The position numbers and the translations under genes were made by a program. Shown here piece after piece: positions 38,308 through 51,100 of a DNA stretch of 64,000 bases (its first letter is position 1; every line of letters begins with the position of its first letter). The DNA lies in assembly GCA_000708835.1 (NCBI GenBank), contig DF237092.1, positions 110,943-174,942 of the forward strand, in the 5' to 3' direction. The notes beneath the pieces are model-generated. The model saw only the letters and a program-made list of their open reading frames with translations, was not told where the DNA came from and did not search any database. Source of the DNA: Klebsormidium nitens (taxonomy: Eukaryota; Plantae; Klebsormidiophyceae).

Positions 38308-41300
38308 TTAGTCGCCGTCGTGTTCCCTTGTGGAATTGAGAGCTTGCTGTAACCATGGAAGCTCCGAAACTGGTGTGTCCAAGCCAAATACAAGTGAACC
38401 TGCAAGACCGCAGATGAACAGACTTTAGCTGACACGGACGACTTCAGCCTTTGCAATAGCCCCGTCAAGCGACCCTGCCTCCTAGCACTCTCGCCTTCAT
38501 ACGAGCAAATTGAGCGCCTATGGAACCTCATCTTGAAAGTCATTGGTAGTCAACCGAAGCATGAGGCGAATCTAGTAAGCGCTGAATTCGGATATCACCT
38601 GCCTTATGACGATAAGAATGAACCACCATGCGTCATGCATGCGGTGTTAACGCTCAGCAACAGGTTCACAACAAACAAATCATTCGGTCCGATCGCAGTG
38701 GTTCCGGAGATCTGTCCTCTCACAACCATTGGGATTCATAGCCATCCCTGAGGATTTGATTCGCCGCTTCGTAAAGCTTCTGCATACATCCTCACCGAAG
38801 GTCGGACCGGACGCCAACCATGCGCCAATCAGAAGCACTCAACAACCGTAGCGTGCTAGCAACTTCTATCGGCAAGTAACGACTGGTTGGAATTCCAGTC
38901 TCACTTGCTCAAATATGCACGCGCCAAATGATGAAGGATTAACAAAGGAATTGTGAGTAAGTATCCTCGAGTGGTGATTTAGAACCAGCCCTCACCCAAC
39001 GTTGGAACAAACGCCGCCAGCAAACCAATGCCGATGACGTTCATGACCATTCCCGGCCGCGCCATGTCCGTCATCTTGAAGTAGCCGGTGGAATACGCTA
39101 TGGCGTTGGGGGGAGTGGCTATGGGCAGCATGAACGCATATGAGCACGCGATGGTCGCCGGAATCATGAGCAGGAGCGGGTGCCGTTCCAGAGAGAGGGC
39201 AACCTGCCAAAGAAACAGAGACACGGCCCTGGTAAATTGACTTTTTTGCCTCACGTTTCATCAGTTGCTGATGCAGGTTGGAACAGGCTTGAGGACTTCC
39301 TTCTCCCAGGCAGAGGATTGCCTGTTTTCTGGCTGTGTCCACAGACAATCTTAAACTTGATGTACTCATTCACGCTGAGGAGTACCTTTGGATTAGACTG
39401 TATCAGCCGCGCTTCGCAGGAGGGTTGCTCAACACACGTTGATATTTCCGGGAGAAACCTCCGGAGATTGACGAGACATAGTTTCCATAGGTCCCGAGCA
39501 AATCGCTGCTCTGGCCAAGGCGGAATAAGTCAAGGCGAGATCTACCAGAAATTAATTGGGTTATAAAAGAGAACGGGTACCTGCTCAAAAGACAAGAGTC
39601 AGCGAAGCATCACTTGAGCACAAGATAAGTGGCAACAGCGGCATGCGCGAAGGCTCACCTGAGCTAAAAGCGGGAGAAACACGGTGGCTGTTGCAGCGTT
39701 GGACGAGAACTCGGTGGTAAAAGTAACGACGGCGGCGATCGCGGGCGTGAGGAGCGCGCTGGGCAGGAAGCGTATGAAGCGCATGTGCTCGCCGATCCAC
39801 TCGGAGAGGCCGCTCTGAGTGACGCCAGCAGAGAGTGCGAAACCTGCAAGGTAGGTGGCCAAAATCAGCACGAGATTTGGAACTAACGAGTCTGGGGGTA
39901 ATGAAAAGGAGAGTGGCGAGCAACGGGGTTTATAGTCCGAGAGGCCGCTCTGGGTGACGCCTGTTGGGAGAGCAGAACCTGCAAAGAATATCTGCCCTTG
40001 AGCACCATTTTCAGAAGAACGGAGATGGGGAGCTGAAAAAGAGATTGAACGGACAGTAGAAGAATATCCGCGAAGCTTTCCTGCCCAAAATTAATCAGGT
40101 AAGAGAACAAAGCGCATGTGCTCGCCGGTCCACTCGGAGAGGCCGCCCTGGGTGACAGCCGCCGGAAGTGCAAAGCCTGCACATCGGTTAGCGACGGGTT
40201 GAAATGGATTAGCAGTGACTAGCACATGCGAGTTGTTGGCGCAAGCAACGAGGGGCCCGTCTGGGTGACGCCAGCGAAGAGTGCGAAACCTGCAAGGAGC
40301 TCGTTTGAGATCAGCACGGTCCTCAGGCGAAATGAGACGGGGCGCAGGTCTGAGACTTATGACAGTCACGGATTTGGAGGTTGAGAAAGAAGCTCAGGAA
40401 GCGCATTCTGCTCGCCGATCCACTCGGAGAGGCAACTCTGTGTGACGCCAGCAGAGAGTGCAAACCCTGGGGAATATGCCAAAAGACCACCATATCTAGG
40501 AAGATTGGAAAGAGGAGCAACATTGGACAATCAACGAGCAACGGGATCACGAAATGAAAGGGTTTGAAAGACGTTGCTCTATTAGATTGACCCAGGTACG
40601 AGATTAAAGCGCATGTGCTCGCCAATCCACTTCGAGAGGTTGCTCTGGGTGACGCCCGCAGAGATTGCAAAACCTGCGGGGCGCTTATCCAGGATAAGCA
40701 CGGTCCCTCGGAGAAACTGAACGGACAATCAAAAGGGGCAATCAACGAGCAACGAGATCTCGAATACAAATGTGTCCGGCTCCATGAACCTGTGATCAGA
40801 TGTCTGCCCGCTAGGCAGTCAGGAGTGGTGAGGCTTTTCCCAAAAAGATACGATGACGCCATGCATGACGTCATTCGACGTCTTTCGGGAGCGAGCCTGA
40901 CCTCCCCCCATGAGCAGTACAATGTCCCATGGCAGCCGCTTGCATGTCTCCCAATCAAGCACCATTTCGTTGGCGACTCCCGACCGCGCCGGCATCGCAA
41001 AGAGCACGATCGCCATCGTGGCCTGCCAAGGAGGAGAAAAGTCGTGACGTCAGCAACTGTAGGAAGGATGCATGGCGTCATCAAGAATCATGATCTCGTT
41101 AACGACGCCCGACCGTGCCGGCATCGCAAACAGCACGATCGCCATCGTGGCGTAAAAGTCTGACGCAGCAAGTCTGACGTGAGCAAACGTTGGAGGCCTG
41201 ATATCTCAAGTGCAGATTGATATCTCAAGTGCAGATTGATATTGTTGGCGACATCCGACCGTGCTGGCGTCGCGACCGGCACGGTGGCCATCGTGGCCTG

Positions 41301-44300
41301 TTTGGAGAGTGAGAAAGTGACGTCAGCAAGTTCTGGAAGGGTGCCGTCGGCAGGTGAGCAAGTGACTCAAAACGTCTTTGGTCTTACATAGGTAGGCCCA
41401 GATCGCACTGAGCTTGGGAAGGGGCAACAACTCCAGTGGGCCGGCAAGAGGACGACAGAGTTTTGACGTCGTCGTAATTGATGGAATCTGATGTCAAGAG
41501 AGATATAAAGGTCGTCTCCTTACTACTGATACCTTTCTTACGGCAGCAAGTGCTTCTCGATTCCTTTCAGCCCGTGGCGAAACAGGAGAGGTGTGAGTCA
41601 ACGCGAACGGCTCGATGTGACAAATCGAGCAGCGTCTGCTCAACGAAGCCCCGCCCCAAGAAAGAAAGTTCGTTACAGTGCCGCGACAAGTCGGGTGATT
41701 GGTAGAGGCTTACCGAGACCGACCCGTCCTTGATGAAGTCGCGCGGCCAGAAGACGGACCAGCCCCAGCCGTCTCCGACGTTTCGGGTCAACCAGAGAGT
41801 GGCCATGATCTGCGGCACGGAATCACGAGGTAGGATATACAGACGCGACTCGTCGAATCCTGCTTGAGCTTTATCTCAAGAGGTGGAAAAGGGACGGGTT
41901 TTACGTGGTAAACAATTTCTGAAGGATGGGTTTTTTAAGGAGTGCCCGCTCAAAGCTCGCGACTGCGGATGCGCCACGACCGGGGAACACCAGGTTGGTG
42001 CAGAGAAGTTCGCAGAATTGGATGCGATCCAAGTATGAGTATAAATACAGCATCAGTACGATTTGAGTTCGTAGTGTCAGTATGCCTCATCGGCCTCAAA
42101 CCGCAATTGTTCTGAAAAGTGGAGCGCAAAGAGACTCAGAGCACGAGCGGCGTGCTGACGTCAACGAAAGGAACAAGATGAAAAGCGACCTCGCACTCGC
42201 GTCTTCAATAGTCAAATGACGAGAGCACTCGTGCTCCAATTCCTCTTGCCGATTGCATCGGTCAACCCAGAGAGACTGGCTGGACGCCTTGGATATTCCC
42301 ATCGTGGGAAGCAAATGCAAGGCCATAATGTTTTTCCACCAGAAGGTAGCTTATCATGTCAGATTCGGTAGAAGCAGAACACGTGGCCCTGACTTACCAC
42401 AAAGTCAACCAACACCACCTTCTCCGCAAATGACATCGGCCCTGCACAGCACGTGAGCAGATGAACGTCAAGGAAGATTGATTTTAGCCAAGGTAAGAAT
42501 ATCCTCCAACACACACTATAAACCGTAAGCCGAAAAGGTACCTGCTCCGCAAACCTACCCACCCCAAATACCAAACTAACCTACCCGTCCCAGGGCGATC
42601 TTTTGAAGTTCGCTGACAGCTGACTGGCAAGAACAAGCGAGCTTTCCTAAAGTCAAGATTGTTGCATTCATTCCTCCAGCCAGAGTTTTCAGGAGACCCT
42701 CCGAAAGAGGGTACCGTCTTCTTGCTTTCTCCAGCGCCATACATATCAGGCGAAGTGAGAAGCGAGCGAGCGCCGTACCTAGACTCTGGTACTCCTGCTC
42801 GATGATCGACTCGTCCAAGCACTGCCGTACGGTTTCCACGGCGGAGGGGGGGCAGTACCAGACGCACAGCAACACCCAAAGAGCAGCGAGAAAAATCGTT
42901 GATATGGGAAGACCAAACGCGAGCCACTGTACATATGTGATGGACGGGGCGCCGGGAAAAAGGCTGGGGTAAATGCCGGCAAGCACAAGGTTTGGGCCCT
43001 GCGAAAAAACACAGTGACAGCATCGTTGTTCAACCGCCTTGAAAGCGTCCCATGAGTTGTAACGCCTGACGTCAAAGAGCGACACAACGGTGAAACCTGC
43101 AGGCTTGACGTCGCCGCGAAATAAGTCGGCACGTCTTGTCGCGGCGAATGCCAAGCAGGTCCGGCGCTGGTTGTGTCGCTGCAGTTGGCGGCAAGCTGAC
43201 GCTTTCTTTCGAAAACAAGGGAGGTAGTCGTTGAGAAGCTGGACTCAGACGTCGAATAAGCATGATAACCTTGAAGCTATAAAGAAGGCTGTGGATGAGA
43301 TGAGAATAAGCAATCGCTCTCGACGCTCTCAATTTGTTTGTCTGGTACCACCAAGAGAAGCAGCGACATGACATATTTTGGGACAGTTCAGTTTGTGTGC
43401 TTGAAACAGAGCATAGTATGTTTCAGACCCCGGGAGTCTGCACGTCTTTGGCGATTGCTGAAACAAACAGGTACCAGGCGCTCATGTCAGCCTTTGAGCT
43501 GTATGTTACAACAATTCACCCCTTAGAAAGCTAGTCGAGCGGTTTCGGCTGACTGGCCGAGGCCAGAGGCGCTGAAGGAATTGGGTCAGGCGAGCATACC
43601 CGATGCAAAGTTTCAGGCCCCTTTCGTCGAGCAGAGTGTAAAGAAGCCCCTGAGTTTCTGGACACAGGTAATACTCTTTTATCCCTGTCGGCAAGCAAGG
43701 CTCCCTAAGGTGTCGATGATCAAAGACGGCAGACTTGACGTAAGCTTCTAAGTGGAGGTCCTTGAGACGGGAAGAGTCGCTCACCGTGCCTGTGAGCGTC
43801 GCCATACCTCCGATCGAAGATGCAAATGCAATTGCCAAAACAACCTGAAGAAGAGGGATGGTGAAACGTCAAGTGCAGAGCAACGGGAAGCATCCGAACG
43901 GCGGCAAAACAAGGATAGGTTCGATAATTCTTGCACTACAGATGAGCACTTGGACTAGAAGAAGTTAAGGACTGAACAACGGATCCTACTTTATGGTCCG
44001 GCACGAACGTTTTTGGTCAAGGATGAAACTAATCATCGCCGCCCATACATTCTCGTCTCCTTCAACACTCTAAGCTCGTCGCTTACACCACAAACGCAAC
44101 CCCTTCTAGAGCCCTACGCCACTTTGATGCACCAGAGCTTTCACAACGGATACATCAGCAGGCCAGAGGCGCATGCGGACGAGCTCGACAAGTTCGATCT
44201 ACACAACGGTGGATTGATGCCTCACCCCTTTACAGTAGTTCAGCACCTCCTCACTGACGCCCTCGTTTGGATCCTCGACCGGCTCCTTCCCCTCCACGCT

Positions 44301-47151
44301 CGGCATCCTCTTATCGCTCCTGCTCTCTTTGACTCGACCTCCCCGATCTATGACGCTTCCCTGGTTTTGCAACCGACCATACACGACGCCCCCTCGCTCC
44401 CGCTTCTCAACCATCCCCAACTCGACGTCCGTCCCTTCGTCCCCCTCGCCTGCGTTCTGGGGGGGTCGTTTCCGCTGGTGAGCCACCCCCCCAGAGCGAG
44501 TTGGCGACTTTGGTCGCTGCTCGTGCCCCTCGCCTGAAAGGTCTATGCTATGGAATGAGTTTTCGTGCGGATCGACCTCTTCAATATTGTCGTGGCTCAA
44601 CGTTCTGTGCCGTACAGGAGACCTACCTCGTGGGGGGGAGTTTTCGCTGATCTCTGCATCCCCCCGTTCCGTGACAATACTGTCTGCTGACCCTAACTTC
44701 GCGAGCTCTACGTCGTGGCCTATCTTCTGATCTACTTTCGGGCCGCTTCCCAAACCCTCTTCAAGACTTGCTGCATTGATGCGGCCGCTGCCTTCGCGGA
44801 CTCTGTGCAAGACGCCAACGGCCATTGGCACCATCCTGCAGTGGATCAGCAAAAAGAAGTCAGAAGAGAATGAAGTTGTGACGTATAGACTTCCGCGATG
44901 GGAAAACGTAAGGATCAAAACCTTCTTGAGGATGGCCTGATTTGATGAGGTCATCACGAACATCCGTTTCGGGGCTCTGCCAGCCGTGAAACAGGTTGGA
45001 CAAATCCGACCGTTGGAAACTTGGGATGGACGTGCTTAACCCCAAAGGAATCGTTTGTCTTTCGTCAACCATTGCATAGCCGTACAGAATCCGAAACCTG
45101 GATGATGATGCAGTTGACGTACTCCAAAGCATGAATTGAAAGATTGGACACACCATGTTCTGTGGAACTGCAAACTAGGAAGTCTATGTCATGTGCTCAC
45201 ATGATGGCCGTTGCTGTGTTGGAGATGAACATACTGATGAAGCCGGGACAGAGGCAGAAGACGAGAAGCAGCTTGCGAGGGTCCATCCCACCACGCCCAG
45301 CGACGAGAAGCATCTTGAGGGCAATCCTCCGGTGCACGTTCCACCTGCATAGATGAGCGTTTCCTTTGAGTACCGATCAGTCTCATGTTTGCTTACGCAC
45401 AATGTGGCTAAGGCAGATAGTGAGGGTCGGTGCCAAACGCTCTGATGTGTCCGAAACGGGCTTGGCACCAGCTTCGAAGTACTGTGCCCTTTCTGGCAAG
45501 CGCTTTGGTACATGGATTCGTCTCAGCCACTGTCAGAAACCTTCTGAGACTCTAGTTTTATGAACGACAAGTACACGAACATTGATGACGGACGAGGAGG
45601 AAACGGGGCACCAAGAACTTCGTTCATTGTTCGTTGAAACACTGACCTGACGGTCATTTCCAACGGGAGACACATCATAATTAATCATAGTGGGAACCTT
45701 CTCTCAGTGCAAAAAGCGGACTTGGGGCTTACTTCTCAACAGCTAACGCAAGGATGAAGGACCCCAGGAACAGGGCCTGAGTGTCGTTGAAATAGGCGGA
45801 CGCGGTCTTGTCTGCGGTCAGGATTCCGAAAAAGGGCAGTAAACTGAGGGGGAGTAGAGCAGTGATGGCGATAGGCACCGCCTGCAAAGAGAAGGAGTCC
45901 AGGCATCTAAGACCGAGAGCATACGGGGTGGGGTCTAAGTACTTTGCTGCTTCTTCATCTGATATTAAGGCGTCACTTCTTCCAGGACAAAGAGACCCCT
46001 CTCGTACAGGTGGACATAATGTGGGGGAGATCTGCAAGTTTTGCCCATTGCAGAGGCTGCCGAATCAACATCTACAATCTTCAGAAGATTGACAAGCAAG
46101 GAGCTTCATACAAGCGGGAAAGAATGTCCTGGAGCTCAGCAAGTGGTTAACCGGACGGTTGAGGCCTGCTTACCTCCAGCTGCTGCCTGGTTTAGCGAGG
46201 TTAAGTATCAAGCTGAGCACTGCGTAATTGAAAGTCTGGCTGCAGCTTTATTTGAAGAGGTGGTAGAGAAACTAGACACGAAAGGGAGAAGCAGCTTAGC
46301 TCACTTCCGTCAGCCACCAGATGGCCATCCACAGCAGCGCCCCGAACATTCGCGCCTGTTTTGACTCCGCCGCATCATCCAGATCAGCCCCCAGGAGGAC
46401 TAGTAGACAGCTAACGGGCCCTGTTGCCACTGCTAAGTAGTGCTTGTGCTTTGAGAGCCATTTCAGGACACGTGACCCCAAGCGACCAGCGGCTCTCCAC
46501 GACAACTCGTTGCCCAAGGCCGCTTTCAGATGTTCAGTCAGGTTGACTGAGGGAATGTAGTCGCGCACAGGGTCGTCCTCCTGTACCCGCCAAAAAAATA
46601 TCAACAGTTTGTACTCAAAGGCAAATGTTGGCAACGCATAGTGCATACAACTGTATGACTCTGAGTGCGAAAGGTCCTGGCCAGATCGAGGGACCACTCA
46701 ATCGCCACTCGTTTGCATACTTACGCATTACTTTACATATGCGAGGAAGGGACTGGCACACAAATTGAATATACCTGCTATCACCAATGCTAAAGACGTT
46801 GCATCACCCTCACCAGCATTGAACATCTATAAATAGATTCTGCAAGTTAGGGCGAGCTCCAAGAAGTCATTCAAAGGTATTCCAGATGGATTGATGTTGG
46901 GAGTTTGCAGGCCACTTCTGCCAGGACTTGAAGTGAAGTCAAACCGCATTCCTGAATACTGACAAAAAGAAGCGAACACTACATCATTCACAGAGTTTAT
47001 ATGAGCTGGAATGTTCTATCAGGTGATAACAACTCACCTCCCCATCCGATTCGCCACGCTGTGATGTCTTTGCATACTTGACCTGCTGACCTTCAAGCTG
47101 GTCAGCGCGACCGCCCTCCATCAGCCCCCCCGCAGAAACCTTGGCTTCCAT
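38308..47151 (-). CDS. TDT: Tonoplast dicarboxylate transporter-like (SLC13/DASS sodium:sulfate/dicarboxylate symporter), 13 exons
   Basis: Exons in transcript order: 47038-47151 (first exon least certain), 46305-46580, 45733-45881, 45201-45344, 44226-44835, 43785-43844, 42779-42998, 42398-42441, 41714-41809, 40902-41022, 39659-39843, 38996-39203, 38308-38399. SLC13 motifs: LWMAIWWLTEAVPIAITALLP, FISMFISNTATA, SSIGGMATLTGTGPN, LPWDIVLLMGGGFAL, TEFSSNAAT, AFMLPIATPPNAI. Confidence 0.92.
39844..40700 (-). repeat. Five decayed copies of the TDT exon-11 acceptor and exon start
   Basis: CAG followed by a variant of the exon start GTTTCGCACTCTCTGCTGGCGTCACTCAGAGCGGCCTC; first exon-like bases at 39978, 40176, 40289, 40466 and 40673 (real 39843). 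Confidence 0.92.
41023..41345 (-). repeat. Two decayed copies of the TDT exon-10 acceptor and exon start
   Basis: GCCACGATGGCGATCGTGCT..GCGATGCCGGC-like copies start at 41151 (AG lost, reads TAC) and 41297 (CAG and GCTGAC retained); real start 41022. Confidence 0.9.
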
Positions 47152-48131
47152 CGTATGAGATCACAATCGACAATACTCAAGACTGCTAAACAATGGACTC
47201 CCGATCGGGTTTGTGTCATCACTCTTCCTGCCTAGTCGCAGCGAGGCACCCTTGACGAAGACATGCACAACAAACGCGAAGGGACAGCGAAAAAGCCACT
47301 GAGATCAGAAAACCATTTGGCAGACAGGCAAGCTTTTGGACTCTCTCATGCTTTCCGTCATGAAGACAGCTCTGCCTTTGACGGTGGCTGCACCATTGGC
47401 ATTGAGCAAACATATCGCCATTCGGAAGAATGACTTTGTGCTCAGCTGCAGCACTGGCAGTGCTAGTGCAAGCTGTGATGCGGCAGCCATGATTGAGTGT
47501 CAACGTACAGCCTATACCCGTACCGTATACGCTATAGCCGGCCGCAAGCGTATGGACTTTTGTGTTTGCTTGAGACCATCATCGAACCGTCGATGTTGCA
47601 CAAAGATGGTCGCAGTCTCATGTGCGTCCATTTTGGTGTGTCTGTTTCATCGTACGGTTACCAGATGCAGCTTTCAATACAATCATGCGGCTTACGTTTC
47701 CGCTCTAGTTCTGAATCAGTCAACTGTCTCTCGCGTGAAGCTTGCAGAACGTGCAAGCTGTGCACAACAAAATCAATGGGTGCAGGCTCAGGAAAGCGGA
47801 TCAGGGCGGATGCCTGGCACACCAGTGAATTGCAAGGCGAATTTGGCACGCTTCACAGAGGGAATCGAGTGCAGGCTTGCAGGCGGGATTTGGCGCATCC
47901 GTTTATTGACGAGGGCACAGGAGGTACCTAGTCTCCGGGGTTGCGAACTTCTCTGCAGAAGTCGTGTACTGAAGGTTCTTTGAGACAAGAAGGTGCAGAC
48001 GCTGCCCCCACGTCGGGGGAGACTGCGTGCAAGCGAACTACAATGGCAGAAACATCGTTCTGATAAGGAGTAGATCCAAGCGTGGTCAAAATAACACGGG
48101 GGTTGCCCCATTGGGAATTCTCTGGGACACC

Positions 48132-51100
48132 ATGGTCGGACTTAATGTCACCGCGGTTCAAAATTATGGAGCCAGTGCTAGTGGGCATAGCGCTGTGTCT
48201 GGGCCAGTCTACATCCTCATTGCGTTCATTTGCACGGCGTTTGCTTGCTTCACGTCGATCATTCACATCCTGCGCCACCTGCAAAACTACACAGAGCCTG
48301 TGTTTCAGAGGTATATTGTGAGGATCATCTTCATGGTTCCGGTGAGTATCATAGCAGCGAACGTGTGCCTGTTGTTAGGTTTATGACAGATAACCTTTGC
48401 AGCGGGCAGGTTTTGTTCCGCTGCCAGATTCTAGCCCGAACGTCTGCCGAAATGACGAGGGAGATTCTTGCATCTGTGTACTGTAAGTCAGAGTCGAAAA
48501 GAGTAACATATGGTCTTTAAGGTCTCCAGGCTCAATGAAAGCCAGATTCCAGCTATAGATATGCTGGATGTCATTAAACGTTGGTGCCTTTGGTTGAGCT
48601 CTTGGAGCTTCAAAGACTTCGGAGATGTGATGTTTGTGTCTGGTGCTAGGAAGAATCCTTAGCAGTTCCAATTTGAAATCACTGGCACTGACTGGCGATT
48701 CTCGTCGAATCCTGCCACCGGATCTAGTAGCAGATCTGTGAGGTCTAATCTGCCGCACAAATGAGGACTTTTTCGATTGTACAGCTGACAAAGTACTGGT
48801 CGTCAGTCATTCTCAATCCATGCCCATTCTGCATGAATGGTGTTCCGAATCCTGGAGCGACAGGTGCAGCGCCCCTGTGCTTGCTGTTCCAAGGTTCAGA
48901 TTAGACACCACACTCTTGTGAGAAACACCGTCCTGAAGCACAGTGGCTTGGTTGTCAAGACACTTCACCAATTGGAATATCAAAGTTGACCCCAATTGGC
49001 AGGCACAACATGTGACCAGGAATTCTTTCAGAGCTGACAGCACAGCACCAATTGCAGGTTTACGCGTTGATGTCCTTCCTTGCGCTCTTTCGAAGTGAGC
49101 AGGCCATATGGTTCAACACGATCAGAGACGTGTAAGTTGCTCAAGCTAGTCTACTTATCTAGCACGTCTTGTTGCTGTGGCTTGCTTCTCCTGCTCCTAT
49201 CTTCGGAGGTTTTTGCATCGAGTTCGCATGTCGAGCTGCAATGTAGCAGTAGTATGCGTGCCCAGCAGGAGCTGCGCTGGTGTCTTTGTTTAAGTACTTG
49301 ACAAACAGACATGCAATTTCACAAGGAACAGGGCATCTTCTGGATATGTTGCCAGCCCCGAACATACCTTCTCAATCCCAGTGTATAGTTCCGGCGCGAG
49401 GACCACCTGCCCTCCGTACAAACACCAGAGGACAGTCACTTGTCTAGCGGCCCTACTTTGATAAAATCATCTCCATCATCGAAACAACACACATTTGTAA
49501 ATCAAGCTCAATAGGAAGTTTTGCCCTCCACAGGTACGAGGCATGGGTCATCTACAATTTCCTGGCGTTGTGCTTGGCATGGGTTGGGGGTCCCGGGCAA
49601 GTTGTGGTCAGCCTCTCGGGCCGTTTGATGAAGCCCTCCTGGGCGCTCATGACCTGCTGCCTCAGTCCTATACCGCTGGATGGGTAAGCGTTTCCATTTT
49701 TTGGTTTGCCCCCAATACTTTCATTTCGGTCCTGTTTTCAAAGTAGTTTCGATAAGAAGATACAACAGAGAATCAGTATCGGCGTGTTTAATTCCTCGTT
49801 AGCTGTTTGTCAGTGCGGTGGTCGCATGCCCCACTTTGTAGGATCTTCGTGTGCAAGTACATGCCTGGAACATTTGTGAAGGAACGTCCAAGACAAACGC
49901 TGCGTCATACATTCAGAGGTTTCCATGATTCTGCCTAGTCTCGAAACTAAACGGGTGCTTCAGACCTTGCTTTCTGCATGATTGTTTGCATGAGTGCACG
50001 CGGGACAGGCGCTACTCCACCACTCCGTTATCCTGACTCCCAATGACTATCTTTTTCGTTATGTACGCACATTTTGCATGAAAGCAAGCAAGGTACACCC
50101 AGGGTTTTTACCCCAACTTCAGAGGTCCTGGCAGACAGAGTCACGCTTGCACATGCTCTGCTGACCTAAGCTAACACACTCCGTGGACTTCGTCCTTCTG
50201 CAGGCGCTTTCTGCGCAAGTGCAAGCAGGGCACGCTCCAGTTCGTCATCCTGAAGCCGGTGCTGGCGGCCGCGACGCTCATTCTACATTCCAAGGGCCTC
50301 TATTCGGAGGGCCACTGGGGCGCGGGCGAGGGCTACCTCTACCTTACTTTCATCTACACCATCAGGTGCGGTCTCGAAGGTTTCTTGGACGAGTTTTAGA
50401 AAAGCTCCGGCTGCACAAACGACCACTGCCGGAGTTGAATCCGAGACTGAGAGAGTTAGGAGAAAAAAATGTTTTTGATGATTAAATATCGGGGGTTTTG
50501 TTTAGCAACTCAAAGTGACTGGGTAGCACAATTGCAGTCGTACACCAGACAGCCGTGCCGCATAGATATTCGCCATGGGGTTGAGTACTTGTCAGTTTAC
50601 AGCCAGCATGAGAGTGGATTATCGGTTCTCAATCCCGACTTGATCAGATTCACGTTCATCCAGTATTGTGCCTCTTTACTCCAGACGATTGAGGGGCTAT
50701 GGTAAGTCGTATAAAGGATTGTACTCGTTCGGGGATGCCCAACCAGCGTCAATCACAACTTCCAAACGCAGTGTGTATTATGTGTATTGGAAGGGCTCAG
50801 CAATAGCATATGCAGGATTGAGATTGATCTGCAAGTGCAAAAGGCGCAAGAGGGCGACCTTAGGATTGTCCGAGAGAATGGCTTTGTGCCGGTTGGTTCA
50901 TCTGCAGACGGCATCGATTGAGCCGATGCGATTCCGAATACAGATTGCGTCCGTAAAGTTTGGAATTAGGATCAAGCTTTCGTTAGCCGTTCGCATTTGG
51001 ACCTGATTCGCCGCAAGTCCTAGCGAGCATGGCGGTTGGTCAGGGAATGCTCGTTTCTGCCAAGGAAAAGGCTTTTTGTACCCATCATCGTTCGGCAACT

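Noticed and set aside
40323-41163. 253-aa (-) and 182-aa (+) ORFs inside TDT
   Set aside because: They run across exon 10 and the echo arrays out of frame or antisense and have no independent protein signal.
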